NCBI GenBank assembly: GCA_047605305.1
Contig: JASGFW010000003.1
Span: forward strand, 896 to 64,895
DNA length: 64,000 nt
Direction of reading: 5' to 3'
Source: Gordonia sp. (in: high G+C Gram-positive bacteria)
Lineage (GTDB): Bacteria; Actinomycetota; Actinomycetes; Mycobacteriales; Mycobacteriaceae
This document shows positions 10,205 through 20,913 of this stretch, piece after piece. A program made the position numbers and the translations under genes. The number at the start of each line of letters is the position of its first letter. Position 1 is the first letter of the stretch. A model generated the notes under the pieces. That model made no database searches. It saw only the letters and a list, made by a program, of their open reading frames with translations, and was not told the origin of the DNA.

Positions 10205-10224
10205 ACCGTCTCCGCTGACGGGTT

Positions 10225-10953
10225 TCACCGGCCGGTGAAACCCGCTGGCAATCCGGTGTAGGTCTTCGGCGGGGGCGGCGCGAACTCGCCCGACGATGTC
10301 CCGGTGCGTAACGTCATCGCGGCCATCGCCGAGAGCATGCCGACACCCGCGGCAACCCCGTCAATGACGGGGGCGCCGATCTCCGTACTCATCCACACGG
10401 CCAGATCGGCCATGCCGGCGCAACCGAGAACGATCGCGTCGGAACCATCGGTGGCCAACGCCTCCCGACATGCCTTCGCGAGGATTTCGGCGGTATCGGG
10501 ATTGCTTTCGAGTTCGAGTACCGGAATCTCGCAGGCGTGTATCCCCCGGCAGGTGCGATGAAAGCCGTAGTGCTCCACCAGATCCTGCGCCCGTCCGATC
10601 GTCCGGCTCAGTGTGGTGACGATCGAGAATCCGCGTCCGAGCGGAGCGGCGAGGTGCATGGCCGCCTCCGCGATACCCAGCACGGGTGCGCTGGCAACCT
10701 CCCGTGCGGCGTCGAGGCCCGGGTCGCCGAAGCAGGCCAGCAGGTAGCCGTCGGCGTCCGGGTGCTCCGCGATCGCGCGCAGCACGCCCGGCACCGACAT
10801 GGCCTCGTCGTAGTGGCTTTCGATAGACACCGGTCCCATTGGCGAGGTGACGGCGATGATCGATGCGTCCGCGCGTGCGACACTGCGGGCGGCGGTCTCG
10901 ATCACCGCGGTCATCTGGGCCGTGGTGTTCGGGTTGATGACGCAGAGTTGCAT
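10225..10953 (-). CDS. Asp/Glu/hydantoin racemase family protein
   Basis: 242 aa ORF with family resemblance (MQLCVINPNTT..., two conserved Cys-containing segments LLACFGDPGL and IVLGCAGM). GGAAGGA RBS upstream. It is co-directional with an NCS1 permease. Confidence 0.72.
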   Translation of the reverse strand: MQLCVINPNTTAQMTAVIETAARSVARADASIIAVTSPMGPVSIESHYDEAMSVPGVLRAIAEHPDADGYLLACFGDPGLDAAREVASAPVLGIAEAAMHLAAPLGRGFSIVTTLSRTIGRAQDLVEHYGFHRTCRGIHACEIPVLELESNPDTAEILAKACREALATDGSDAIVLGCAGMADLAVWMSTEIGAPVIDGVAAGVGMLSAMAAMTLRTGTSSGEFAPPPPKTYTGLPAGFTGR

Positions 10954-10998
10954 TACCCGGGGCTCATCCTTCCTGCTCGGTGATGGTGATGCGACACG

Positions 10999-12555
10999 CT
11001 ATGTGGCGGTGACGTCGAGCTCGGCGGTCGTGGTCGTCGGCACGTGTGCGCCGTGCAGGAATTTATCCGACGCGAACCGCATACCGAGGTAATAGAAGAC
11101 CAAACCTGCGGCGGCACCCATGAACCAGGTGAAACTCGCCTGGTAGGCGGTGCCGAAGAGGACGAAACCGATCGGGATGATCGAGGCGAGGATCACCGCG
11201 ACTACGGCGACCGGATTCCATCCACCGCGGAACCAGTAGCTGCCCTCCGGCTTCATGGTGAACAGGTCGTCGACGACGATCGTCTTGTTTTTGACCAGGT
11301 AGAAGTCTGCGATCAGGATGCCGAACAGCGGGCCGATCACCGCGCCGAGGGTGTCCATTGTGTAGTGGATCGCGCTGGCGTTGTTGAACAGATTCCACGG
11401 CGTGATGATCACCGATCCGACGGCGGCGATCATGCCGCCCATCCGCCACGAGATCTTGGTCGGAGCGACGTTGGAGAAGTCGAATGCGGGGGAGACGAAG
11501 TTCGCGACGATGTTGATCCCGATGGTCGCGATAGCGAAGGTCAGCACGCCGAGCACCGCCGCGGTGGTGTTGTCGATGTGATCGACGATGTGCACCGGGT
11601 CGGTGATGATCTTGCCGGTGTCGGGGTCACGCCCGATGACCGTCACACCCGCCGACACCGAGCAGACCACCAGGATGGAGAAGAACAGGAAGTTCACCGG
11701 CAAGCCCCAGAAGTTGCCCTTCTTGACCTCGCTGAATGTCTTGCCGTAGCGGGAGAAATCACCGAAGTTGAGCATCGGTCCGGAGAAGTAGGACACGACG
11801 AGGGCGAATGCGCTGATCATTGCCGTCACCGAATCCCAGCCGTGCAGACCCTTGCCTTCGGAAAGGTTGAAGTGCACATTGCTCCAGCCGGCTTTCGCGA
11901 TCAGATACACCGCGAGCGCGATCATCACGACGTAAACCGCGGGCCCGCAGAAGTCGATGAACTTACGGATCGTATCCATGCCATTCCAGAACACGAAGGC
12001 CTGCAGCACCCACATGAGGATGAATCCGCCCCAGCCGAGCGGGGAAAGACCGAGGAAGGAATGGCTGCCCGCGTCGCCGTAATCCTTGAGGGCGGGAAAG
12101 AACTTCAGTGCCAGCAGGCCGAAAGCGACCGATGCCAGGTACGTCTGGATGCCGTACCAGACCACGGCGATGGTGCCGCGGATGATGGCCGCGATGTTGG
12201 CGCCCTTGACGCCGAAGGCGATCCGGGTGGTCACCGGGTAGGGAACGCCCGCCTGTTGGGACGGCTTGGCCACCAGGTTGCACAGGATGTTCACCGCGAC
12301 GATGCCCACCAGCAGCGCCACCAATACCTGCCACGATGAGATTCCGAGCGCGAAGAGGCTGCCGGCGAACACATAGCCGCCGACACTGTGTACGTCCGAC
12401 ATCCAGAACGCGAAGATGTTGTACCAGGTCCAGCTCTGATCCTTGAGTGGAGCGAGGTCTTCATTGGTCAGTCGCTGGTCATAGCCGATTTTGATCACAC
12501 TTGCGCCTGCGGCGCTGTAGTGCGCGGAGGCCTCCGCATCGGTGGGTGAGGTCAT
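10999..12555 (-). CDS. NCS1-family nucleobase/hydantoin/allantoin:cation symporter
   Basis: 12-TM protein with NCS1-type N-terminal region (NEDLAPLKDQSWTWYNIFAFWMSDVH). The start is set at ATG 12555, which has an AGGAGA RBS 6 nt upstream. The track ORF starts 12 codons earlier. Confidence 0.85.
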   Translation of the reverse strand: MTSPTDAEASAHYSAAGASVIKIGYDQRLTNEDLAPLKDQSWTWYNIFAFWMSDVHSVGGYVFAGSLFALGISSWQVLVALLVGIVAVNILCNLVAKPSQQAGVPYPVTTRIAFGVKGANIAAIIRGTIAVVWYGIQTYLASVAFGLLALKFFPALKDYGDAGSHSFLGLSPLGWGGFILMWVLQAFVFWNGMDTIRKFIDFCGPAVYVVMIALAVYLIAKAGWSNVHFNLSEGKGLHGWDSVTAMISAFALVVSYFSGPMLNFGDFSRYGKTFSEVKKGNFWGLPVNFLFFSILVVCSVSAGVTVIGRDPDTGKIITDPVHIVDHIDNTTAAVLGVLTFAIATIGINIVANFVSPAFDFSNVAPTKISWRMGGMIAAVGSVIITPWNLFNNASAIHYTMDTLGAVIGPLFGILIADFYLVKNKTIVVDDLFTMKPEGSYWFRGGWNPVAVVAVILASIIPIGFVLFGTAYQASFTWFMGAAAGLVFYYLGMRFASDKFLHGAHVPTTTTAELDVTAT

Positions 12556-12683
12556 GAGGTCTCCTGCGTAGTCCGGATGAATGGAAAACAACCGGAGACG
12601 AATCTATGAATAATTTGTTACTTGGGAATTAACCGAGCGATATATTCTGAGCCGTGCTAACCGTCCGGTGTCGGTGCGGCCGC

Positions 12684-13418
12684 TCAGCGGGTGCGCAAGC
12701 CGTGTTCGTGGCCAGGGTCGTCAAGCACATGCAGCGCGCCCCCCGTCTCGATGATCGCGGCCTCGATCCGGTTGTGATGGGCGCGTGCCGCCTCGAGCAC
12801 GGCCGCGGTGTCACGGTCGGTGAACGCCGCCAGCAGCTCGGCATGGTCGGCATTGAACTTGACCTGTGTGTCGGAATCCACCGCCCGCATCACCTGGAAT
12901 GGTTCGGTCAGGTTCCAGGTTGCGGCGAACATATTGAGCAGGCGCAGCATGGCGCAGGGTGTCGCCAAGGTCATGTGGAACAGCCGTGAGGCGGTGTGGA
13001 AGGCCATGCCGTCCTGGTATTTCGTCGCGGTGACCATCTCGTCGTGGTAACTGCGTGCCAGCGCGAGGTCGGCGGCGGAGATATTGTTCACCGCGCGGCT
13101 CAACGCGGCTTGCTCGAGGATTCCGCGGACGAAGTAGATCTCGTTCAGCTCCGCCAGTGACAGCCGGCTCACCCGGTAACCGGAGTTGCGTCGATGCTCC
13201 ACAAGACCTTCGCCGACGAGGGTTTTGAGCGCTTCGCGGACGGGTATGGGGCTTACCTGGAAGGCGTCGGCCACCTCGCCCGGCATGATGTGGGTGCCCG
13301 GTGGCGCCCCGCCGGACAAAATGAGTCGGCGCAATTCTTCGACGACATTCGCCCGGTCGTTGCCCGAGCGAGTCTCGGCCAGTTGTGCCACCAGCCGATT
13401 GGCCATTTCCCTACTCAC
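12684..13418 (-). CDS. GntR-family transcriptional regulator (FadR/FCD-type C-terminal domain)
   Basis: 244 aa ORF with an N-terminal winged HTH (GEVADAFQVSPIPVREALKTLVGEGLVEHRRNSGYRV) and a helical C-terminal domain. Confidence 0.8.
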   Translation of the reverse strand: MSREMANRLVAQLAETRSGNDRANVVEELRRLILSGGAPPGTHIMPGEVADAFQVSPIPVREALKTLVGEGLVEHRRNSGYRVSRLSLAELNEIYFVRGILEQAALSRAVNNISAADLALARSYHDEMVTATKYQDGMAFHTASRLFHMTLATPCAMLRLLNMFAATWNLTEPFQVMRAVDSDTQVKFNADHAELLAAFTDRDTAAVLEAARAHHNRIEAAIIETGGALHVLDDPGHEHGLRTR

Positions 13419-13579
13419 GGCGTCCGCCCTCCTGATGTGAGCTCTCGTGCCCCTCGTTGGCCACTATCAGCAGGCTGGCGACGCTACCATGCGCGGGCGC
13501 GTCGGCCAGGTTGGTGACCCCGCTGCAGATGTGTCCGGGCTGCTGCCATGGCGGCAACGTGTGAGTCGTGCTCCTGGAT

Positions 13580-13621
13580 TTGAATCCCGCCACCACCTGG
13601 TGCATACTTGTCGGGTTGCCT
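13580..13621 (+). promoter_or_regulatory. r-protein promoter-like element P1 (TTGAAT-17 nt-CATACT-TGnnn-GGTTGCCT) upstream of rpsJ
   Basis: Shares the architecture ATTTG...(C/T)A(T/C)ACTTGnnnGGTTGCCT with the elements at 30499-30541 and 47561-47602. It implies a leader of about 300 nt before rpsJ. Confidence 0.5.
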
Positions 13622-13911
13622 TGACCGGCGGACGCGGTACTTCTGTGGCTCCGGTCAGGTGAATGACTCCCAGGGCCCGGTGCGGGACCAGGCGTGTAAC
13701 TCATGTCCTCAATCAGAGGTTATGGCACGACACGCCCGACCGCGGGTGCCGGAGCACACCGGCTCAGCAGTGATGCTGAGCCAACGTACAACGACAGATG
13801 AACAGCGTCGATCCCCGACTCACGCGGAGATCTATGTGCCCGCCGGCAACTCGTCGGCCCAGGTGCGCGGTGTTTGTCTGTCGAGAACAACTGACGGAAG
13901 AGGACACAAGC

Positions 13912-14217
13912 GTGGCGGGACAAAAGATCCGCATCAGGCTCAAGGCCTATGACCACGAGGCGATCGACGCTTCGGCGCGCAAGATCGTGGAGACCGTGAC
14001 CCGTACCGGGGCACGCGTGGTCGGGCCGGTGCCGTTGCCCACCGAGAAGAACGTCTACTGCGTCATCCGTTCGCCGCATAAGTACAAGGACAGCCGCGAA
14101 CATTTTGAGATGCGCACACACAAGCGACTCATCGACATCCTCGACCCGACACCGAAGACGGTTGACGCGCTGATGCGCATCGACCTGCCGGCCAGTGTCG
14201 ACGTCAACATCCAGTAG
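13912..14217 (+). CDS. rpsJ: 30S ribosomal protein S10
   Basis: GTG start at 13912 gives a 101 aa protein ([19 protein letters not shown]...), an unambiguous S10 sequence. The upstream part of the track ORF is leader, not coding. Confidence 0.97.
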   Translation: MAGQKIRIRLKAYDHEAIDASARKIVETVTRTGARVVGPVPLPTEKNVYCVIRSPHKYKDSREHFEMRTHKRLIDILDPTPKTVDALMRIDLPASVDVNIQ

Positions 14218-14236
14218 GCGGGGGCGAGAGAAAACA

Positions 14237-14896
14237 ATGAGCAATCAGAGCGCAACCAAAGGACTACTGGGCACCAAGCTCGGTATGACCCAGGTGTTCG
14301 ACGAGAACAACCGAATCGTTCCGGTCACCGTCGTTCAGGCGGGCCCGAACGTCATCACCCAGCTCCGTACCGCTGATCGCGACGGCTACACCGCCGTGCA
14401 GCTGGCTTACGGCGCCATCGACCCGCGCAAGGTGACCAAGCCGGTCGCCGGCCAGTTCGCCAAGGCGGGTGTCACCCCGCGTCGCCACCTGGCCGAGATC
14501 CGCGTCGCCGATACCAGCGAGTTCGAGATCGGTCAGGAACTGACCGCCGAGATCTTCGCCGACGGCGCGCTGGTCGACGTCACCGGCACCTCCAAGGGCA
14601 AGGGATTCGCCGGCGCCATGAAGCGCCACGGCTTCTCCGGCCTGGGTGCCAGCCACGGCGCCCATCGTGTGCACCGGGCTCCCGGCTCGATCGGTGGCTG
14701 CGCCACCCCGGGCCGTGTGTTCAAGGGCATGCGGATGGCCGGACGTATGGGTAATGACACCGTGACCACGCAGAACCTCACCGTCCACAAGGTGGACGCC
14801 GAGGCCGGTCTGCTGTTGATCAAGGGCGCCATCCCGGGCCGCAAGGGCGGCATCGTGGTGGTTCGCGACGCAGTGAAGGGTGGTGCGACCAAGTGA
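14237..14896 (+). CDS. rplC: 50S ribosomal protein L3
   Basis: ATG at 14237. [23 protein letters not shown]... is a canonical L3 N-terminus. Confidence 0.97.
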   Translation: MSNQSATKGLLGTKLGMTQVFDENNRIVPVTVVQAGPNVITQLRTADRDGYTAVQLAYGAIDPRKVTKPVAGQFAKAGVTPRRHLAEIRVADTSEFEIGQELTAEIFADGALVDVTGTSKGKGFAGAMKRHGFSGLGASHGAHRVHRAPGSIGGCATPGRVFKGMRMAGRMGNDTVTTQNLTVHKVDAEAGLLLIKGAIPGRKGGIVVVRDAVKGGATK

Positions 14897-15597
14897 GCAC
14901 CGAAGCAGTCAAGAGTGAGACCAAGCTGACGCTCGACGTCAAGACCGCGCAAGGCACGACCAACGGAACCGTTGACCTGCCTGCGGAGATCTTCGACGTT
15001 CCGGCGAATATCGCGCTGATGCATCAGGTTGTGGTGGCCCAGCTGGCCGCCGCACGCCAGGGCACGCATGCCACCAAGACCCGCGGCGACGTCCGCGGCG
15101 GTGGCGCCAAGCCGTACCGCCAGAAGGGCACCGGTCGCGCCCGTCAGGGTTCGACCCGCGCCCCGCAGTTCACCGGTGGCGGCGTCGTGCACGGCCCGCA
15201 GCCGCGCGACTATTCCCAGCGCACCCCCAAGAAGATGAAGGCGGCCGCCCTGCGCGGTGCGCTCAGTGACCGTGCCCGCAATGAGCGGATTCACGTCATC
15301 ACCGAGCTCGTCGCCGGACAGGCCCCGTCGACGAAGTCGGCGAAGGCATTCCTGGAGAGCCTCAGCGACCGGCGCAAGTTCCTGGTCGTGCTGAGCCGCG
15401 AGGATCTGACCGCGTGGAAGAGCGTGGCGAACCTGCAGAATGTGCTGCCGATCGCTCCCGATCAGCTCAATACCTACGACGTCCTCGATTCGGACGTGGT
15501 GGTGTTCAGCGTGGAGACGCTCAACGCGTTCATCGCACAGAATACGGCTGCGACGCAGACGAAGTCTTCCGCTGCCACTGAGACAGAGGAGGCGTGA
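14893..15597 (+). CDS. rplD: 50S ribosomal protein L4
   Basis: GTGA overlap with the rplC stop. The L4 core ([33 protein letters not shown]) is present, with an actinobacterial C-terminal extension. Confidence 0.96.
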   Translation: MSTEAVKSETKLTLDVKTAQGTTNGTVDLPAEIFDVPANIALMHQVVVAQLAAARQGTHATKTRGDVRGGGAKPYRQKGTGRARQGSTRAPQFTGGGVVHGPQPRDYSQRTPKKMKAAALRGALSDRARNERIHVITELVAGQAPSTKSAKAFLESLSDRRKFLVVLSREDLTAWKSVANLQNVLPIAPDQLNTYDVLDSDVVVFSVETLNAFIAQNTAATQTKSSAATETEEA

Positions 15598-15599
15598 GC

Positions 15600-15905
15600 A
15601 TGGCTACCCAGGCCAACCCGCGCGACATCATCCTGGCGCCGGTGATCTCGGAGAAGTCCTACGGACTCATCGAAGGGAACGTGTACACCTTCCTGGTGCA
15701 CCCGGACTCGAATAAGACCCAGATCAAGATCGCCGTCGAGCAGATTTTCGATGTCAGCGTCGTGAGCGTGAACACCGCCAACCGCCCGGGCAAGCGTAAG
15801 CGCACCCGTTCGGGCTACGGCCAGCGCAAGGCGACCAAGCGTGCGCTCGTCACGCTGACCGCAGACAGCAAGCCCATCGAGATCTTCGGAGGCTCGGTCG
15901 GCTGA
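15600..15905 (+). CDS. rplW: 50S ribosomal protein L23
   Basis: [21 protein letters not shown]... The ATG at 15600 is preferred over the in-frame GTG at 15594. Confidence 0.95.
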   Translation: MATQANPRDIILAPVISEKSYGLIEGNVYTFLVHPDSNKTQIKIAVEQIFDVSVVSVNTANRPGKRKRTRSGYGQRKATKRALVTLTADSKPIEIFGGSVG

Positions 15906-15934
15906 CCGGGACCCCAGAGAAGGACTGAGAACTC

Positions 15935-16771
15935 ATGGCTATTCGTAAATACAAGCCGACGACACCTGGTCGTCGCGGATCGTCCGGTGCGGACTTCTCC
16001 GAGGTCACCCGCGACCATCCGGAGAAGTCGCTGGTCCGTCCGCTGCACGGCCGTGGCGGTCGTAACGCGCACGGTCGTATCACCACCCGGCACAAGGGTG
16101 GCGGTCACAAGCGCGCCTACCGTCTGATCGACTTCCGTCGGCACGATAAGGACGGCGTCAACGCCAAGGTCGCTCATATCGAGTACGACCCGAACCGCAC
16201 CGCGCGTATCGCGCTGCTGCACTACCTCGACGGCGAGAAGCGCTACATCATCGCACCGAAGGGTCTTAACCAGGGCGACGTGGTGGAGAGCGGCCCGGCC
16301 GCCGACATCAAGCCCGGTAACAACCTGCCGCTGCGCAACATCCCGACCGGTACCCAGATCCACGCTGTGGAGCTGCGTCCCGGTGGCGGCGCTAAGCTCG
16401 TACGCTCCGCGGGTGCGGGTGCACAGCTGCTCGGCAAGGAAGGCACCTACGCCACGCTGCGTCTGCCCTCCGGCGAAATCCGTCGAGTCGACGTGCGCTG
16501 CCGCGCCACCGTCGGCGAGGTCGGTAACGCCGAGCAGAGCAACATCAACTGGGGTAAAGCCGGCCGTATGCGCTGGAAGGGCAAGCGCCCGACCGTTCGT
16601 GGTGTCGTGATGAACCCGGTCGACCACCCGCACGGTGGCGGCGAGGGCAAGACCTCCGGTGGTCGCCACCCGGTCAGCCCGTGGGGTAAGCCTGAGGGCC
16701 GCACCCGTAAGAACAAGGCCAGCGACAAGCTGATCGTCCGGCGTCGTCGTACCGGCAAGAACAAGCGATAA
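15935..16771 (+). CDS. rplB: 50S ribosomal protein L2
   Basis: [17 protein letters not shown]... with the conserved GGGEGK core. Confidence 0.98.
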   Translation: MAIRKYKPTTPGRRGSSGADFSEVTRDHPEKSLVRPLHGRGGRNAHGRITTRHKGGGHKRAYRLIDFRRHDKDGVNAKVAHIEYDPNRTARIALLHYLDGEKRYIIAPKGLNQGDVVESGPAADIKPGNNLPLRNIPTGTQIHAVELRPGGGAKLVRSAGAGAQLLGKEGTYATLRLPSGEIRRVDVRCRATVGEVGNAEQSNINWGKAGRMRWKGKRPTVRGVVMNPVDHPHGGGEGKTSGGRHPVSPWGKPEGRTRKNKASDKLIVRRRRTGKNKR

Positions 16772-16791
16772 GCACAGGAGGGAGTTAGAGA

Positions 16792-17073
16792 ATGCCACGC
16801 AGCCTCAAGAAGGGCCCGTTCGTCGACGACCACCTGCTTGCCAAAGTGGACGCGCAGAACGAGAAGGGCACCAAGCAGGTCATCAAGACCTGGTCGCGCC
16901 GTTCGACCATCATCCCCGATTTCATCGGTCACACCTTTGCCGTCCACGACGGTCGCAAGCATGTGCCGGTGTTCGTCTCGGACAACATGGTCGGGCACAA
17001 GCTGGGCGAGTTCGCCCCCACCCGCACCTTCAAGGGTCACATCAAGGATGACCGGAAAGCGAAGCGCCGGTAA
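16792..17073 (+). CDS. rpsS: 30S ribosomal protein S19
   Basis: [16 protein letters not shown]... is a canonical S19 sequence. Confidence 0.98.
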   Translation: MPRSLKKGPFVDDHLLAKVDAQNEKGTKQVIKTWSRRSTIIPDFIGHTFAVHDGRKHVPVFVSDNMVGHKLGEFAPTRTFKGHIKDDRKAKRR

Positions 17074-17075
17074 TC

Positions 17076-18331
<1,256 letters not shown>

Positions 18332-18333
18332 CC

Positions 18334-18750
18334 ATGTTGATCCCACGTCGGGTTAAACACCGCAAGCAGCACCACCCGAGCCTCAAGGGCCGGGCCTCCG
18401 GCGGCACCAAGGTGACCTTCGGCGACTACGGCATCCAGGCGCTCGAGGGTGCGTACATCACCAACCGGCAGATCGAGTCCGCTCGTATCGCCATCAACCG
18501 GCACATCAAGCGTGGCGGCAAGGTGTGGATCAACATCTTCCCCGACCGTCCGCTGACCAAGAAGCCTGCCGAAACCCGCATGGGTTCGGGTAAAGGTTCG
18601 CCGGAATGGTGGGTGGCTCCGGTCAAGCCGGGTCGCGTGCTGTTCGAGATGTCCTACCCCAGTGAGGAGACCGCTCGTGAGGCATTGCGTCGCGCGCAGC
18701 ATAAGCTCCCCATCAAGACCCGGATCGTGACCAGAGAGGAGCAGTTCTGA
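18334..18750 (+). CDS. rplP: 50S ribosomal protein L16
   Basis: [15 protein letters not shown]... is a canonical L16 sequence. Confidence 0.98.
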   Translation: MLIPRRVKHRKQHHPSLKGRASGGTKVTFGDYGIQALEGAYITNRQIESARIAINRHIKRGGKVWINIFPDRPLTKKPAETRMGSGKGSPEWWVAPVKPGRVLFEMSYPSEETAREALRRAQHKLPIKTRIVTREEQF

Positions 18751-18983
18751 TGGCAGTCGGAGTAGCGGCGTCCGAGCTTCGTGACCTTACCGACGCCGAT
18801 CTGGTCGACCGGCTCAAAGAGTCGAAGGAAGAGCTGTTCAACCTTCGGTTCCAGATGGCCACCGGCCAGCTCGACAACAACCGTCGCCTGCGGACCGTGC
18901 GTCGTGAGATTGCGCGGATCTACACGGTGATGCGTGAGCGTGAGCTGGGTCTGGCGTCGGGACCGGATGGTGATGACGCATGA
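18750..18983 (+). CDS. rpmC: 50S ribosomal protein L29
   Basis: [33 protein letters not shown]... matches L29. Confidence 0.95.
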   Translation: MAVGVAASELRDLTDADLVDRLKESKEELFNLRFQMATGQLDNNRRLRTVRREIARIYTVMRERELGLASGPDGDDA

Positions 18984-19270
18984 GTGAGGACCAGAAGGTG
19001 ACCGAAACCCAGACGCAGGAGCGTAACCGCCGCAAGGAGCGGATCGGCTACGTCGTCAGCGACAAGATGCAGAAGACCATCGTGGTCGAGCTGGAAGATC
19101 GTAAGAGCCACCCGCTCTACGGCAAGATCATCCGGACCACGAGCAAGGTCAAGGCACACGACGAGAACGGTGATGCCGGTGTCGGTGACCGCGTGCGGAT
19201 CATGGAGACCCGCCCGTTGTCGGCAACCAAGCATTGGCGTCTGGTCGAGGTGCTGGAGAAGGCTAAGTAA
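18980..19270 (+). CDS. rpsQ: 30S ribosomal protein S17
   Basis: [33 protein letters not shown]... matches S17. ATGA overlap with rpmC. Confidence 0.96.
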   Translation: MSEDQKVTETQTQERNRRKERIGYVVSDKMQKTIVVELEDRKSHPLYGKIIRTTSKVKAHDENGDAGVGDRVRIMETRPLSATKHWRLVEVLEKAK

Positions 19271-19295
19271 GTCGTTCTCCGCGAACACATTTCAT

Positions 19296-19339
19296 ATGAC
19301 GGCGGCCCGCTCCCGATTCAGGGGGCGGGTCGCCGTCAT
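19296..19339 (+). terminator. Strong hairpin (19 bp stem, 6 nt loop) after rpsQ, terminator-like
   Basis: ATGACGGCGGCCCGCTCCC-gattca-GGGGGCGGGTCGCCGTCAT pairs over 19 positions with two G-U wobbles. There is no U-tract, which is common in Actinobacteria. The stem is sequence-related to the hairpin after rpsN. Confidence 0.6.
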
Positions 19340-19472
19340 CGGTGGGGATGTGGGTACGGGCGTTGGCCTTACCCCCGTGATCGCGGTTGGGGTCGCGGTG
19401 TCAACGGTGGCGCACGAACCCACTGCATCGTGTCCACGCTAATGTGGACACCGAGTTAAGGAGGCGTTAGCC

Positions 19473-19730
19473 ATGACCAATCCGTTCGATGACGAGAACG
19501 GTCGTTTCTATGTCCTGGTGAACGACGAGAACCAGCATTCCCTGTGGCCGACGTTCGCCGATATTCCCAGTGGGTGGACGAAGGTCTTTGGCGAGGACAG
19601 CCGTGCGGCGTGCCTGGAGTACGTGGAGGCGAATTGGACCGATCTGCGACCCAAAAGCCTGATCGAGGCGACGGAGGCGGACGGGTCGTCACACACGGCC
19701 GGTGTGGGCTTACACGGCGGACGTGAGTAG
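19473..19730 (+). CDS. MbtH-like protein
   Basis: 85 aa ORF with the MbtH signature [24 protein letters not shown]...PSGW...[14 protein letters not shown]. No NRPS is present in the window. Confidence 0.88.
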   Translation: MTNPFDDENGRFYVLVNDENQHSLWPTFADIPSGWTKVFGEDSRAACLEYVEANWTDLRPKSLIEATEADGSSHTAGVGLHGGRE

Positions 19731-20156
19731 CAACACGAGCAACAAGACTGGAATCCCGATGAGCGCGGCAATGGTGCCGAGAATGATCGCGGACACCGCC
19801 CTGCCGTTCCCGTGATATTGCGTGGGATTCCGGTTAATCTGTCGAATCCCGGTGGCGCCCAAGATGATTGCTATGAGGCCGACGATCCCGCCGATACCGG
19901 CGGCGGGGATTAACGCGAGTGCGGCGAGTCCGCTGACCAATGCTGCGGAGGCGGCGGGTGCCTGGCGGAGGTGCATGGCCGGTGAGACGCTCCCGCCCTG
20001 TGGTGACATCGCCGCGACGGGCGGGGGCTGCCACCGGTCTGCGTGGTTGGGATCCCAGTAGTCGCCGACCTCGGGGATCGGGGCGTCGTCGGGCCAACGC
20101 GGTTGGCGTTGGGTGGCCGCTGGAGTAATCGGTTCGGTGGCGTCTTCGGTGCGCAT
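19710..20156 (-). CDS. DUF4190-like small membrane protein (Pro-rich N-terminus, two C-terminal TM helices)
   Basis: 148 aa ORF. The C-terminal [35 protein letters not shown]...[24 protein letters not shown] pattern resembles DUF4190. Its 3' end overlaps the MbtH gene by 21 nt. Confidence 0.55.
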   Translation of the reverse strand: MRTEDATEPITPAATQRQPRWPDDAPIPEVGDYWDPNHADRWQPPPVAAMSPQGGSVSPAMHLRQAPAASAALVSGLAALALIPAAGIGGIVGLIAIILGATGIRQINRNPTQYHGNGRAVSAIILGTIAALIGIPVLLLVLLLTSAV

Positions 20157-20269
20157 AATGCCTCCTCACCGGTCAGTTTAGCGACGCGGAGACATGTGGG
20201 CCGAAACCCACGCACGCGCCGCACCGGAGTGGTTCGGTGCGGCGCGTGTGATCGCTGGATAGTGCGGGC

Positions 20270-20770
20270 TCAGCTTCCGTGGTGACCCATGATCGAGGTG
20301 AGCTGGGTAACGGCGTCGCCGGAGAGCTTCCACTTGCCGTCGACGTTGACGTAGCTCAGCGTGATGTTGACCGGCTGCGGGGCGTGTGGGCTCTTGACTG
20401 CGACGGTGGCCGTGGCTTCGTCGGGAGAGGTTGCCACCCTGGTCACGGTGTAGACCTCGGGGCCGTAGCCGGCTGCGGTGGCAGCTTTTGCGTATCCCTG
20501 GATCGCGGCCTTGGTGGCCGGATTGGATGTGTCGACGACGTTCTCAAGATCGGCCGACGACGTGGTGGTGGTGAGCGCGGTCCGCAGGATGGTCTGGGCG
20601 TCGGCGCTGTTGAGTCCGTCGATAACTGTCGATGTGCTGGCCGCTGATGTGCTGGCCGCAGAGGCGTTGCTTGCCGCGTCGCTGGTGCTGTTGTCGTCCG
20701 AACAGCCGGCGACCGAGACGAGCGCCGCGCCGGCGATTGCGGCGGCGGCGAGAGATTTGCGAAGCTTCAT
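20270..20770 (-). CDS. Putative lipoprotein, function unknown
   Basis: 166 aa ORF with a signal peptide and lipobox (AALVSVAGCSDD), followed by a Ser/Ala-rich linker. Confidence 0.65.
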   Translation of the reverse strand: MKLRKSLAAAAIAGAALVSVAGCSDDNSTSDAASNASAASTSAASTSTVIDGLNSADAQTILRTALTTTTSSADLENVVDTSNPATKAAIQGYAKAATAAGYGPEVYTVTRVATSPDEATATVAVKSPHAPQPVNITLSYVNVDGKWKLSGDAVTQLTSIMGHHGS

Positions 20771-20913
20771 TGCTACTCCTCAAGGATCGGGTAAGCCCAC
20801 ACTAACCTAGGCAGGTCAGAGCGTATTTATGGGTACCCGACGGAACAAAATGGACTTCGGTCCGAATATCCTGGTTACACAGTTTGTGGCACTACCGGGG
20901 AACGGAGCATAAC

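Noticed and set aside
9542-10228. Full 228 aa version of the sigma factor ORF, which overlaps the racemase stop.
   Set aside because: The extra N-terminal 36 residues are encoded by the 25-nt tandem repeat and have no counterpart in SigC-like proteins. The internal ATG at 10120 gives a protein of the expected size.
13571-13600. tRNA-like fragment (GGATTTGAATCC followed by CGCCACCACC) upstream of rpsJ.
   Set aside because: No acceptor, D or anticodon arms can be built around it, and the loop does not fit the T-loop consensus. The ATTTGAAT part is better explained as the -35 region shared with P2 and P3.
15815-16798. Long antisense ORFs opposite well-supported genes. Examples: 327 aa opposite rplB, 374 aa at 47815-48939 opposite rpsH-rplF, 344 aa at 50977-52011 opposite secY, 431 aa at 11044-12339 opposite the NCS1 permease, and 339 aa at 43938-44957 opposite an ABC permease.
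   Set aside because: High-GC DNA generates long stop-free antisense frames. Their translations are low-complexity Arg/Gly/Ala/Pro/His-rich strings with no recognisable motifs, and the opposite strand encodes unambiguous conserved proteins.
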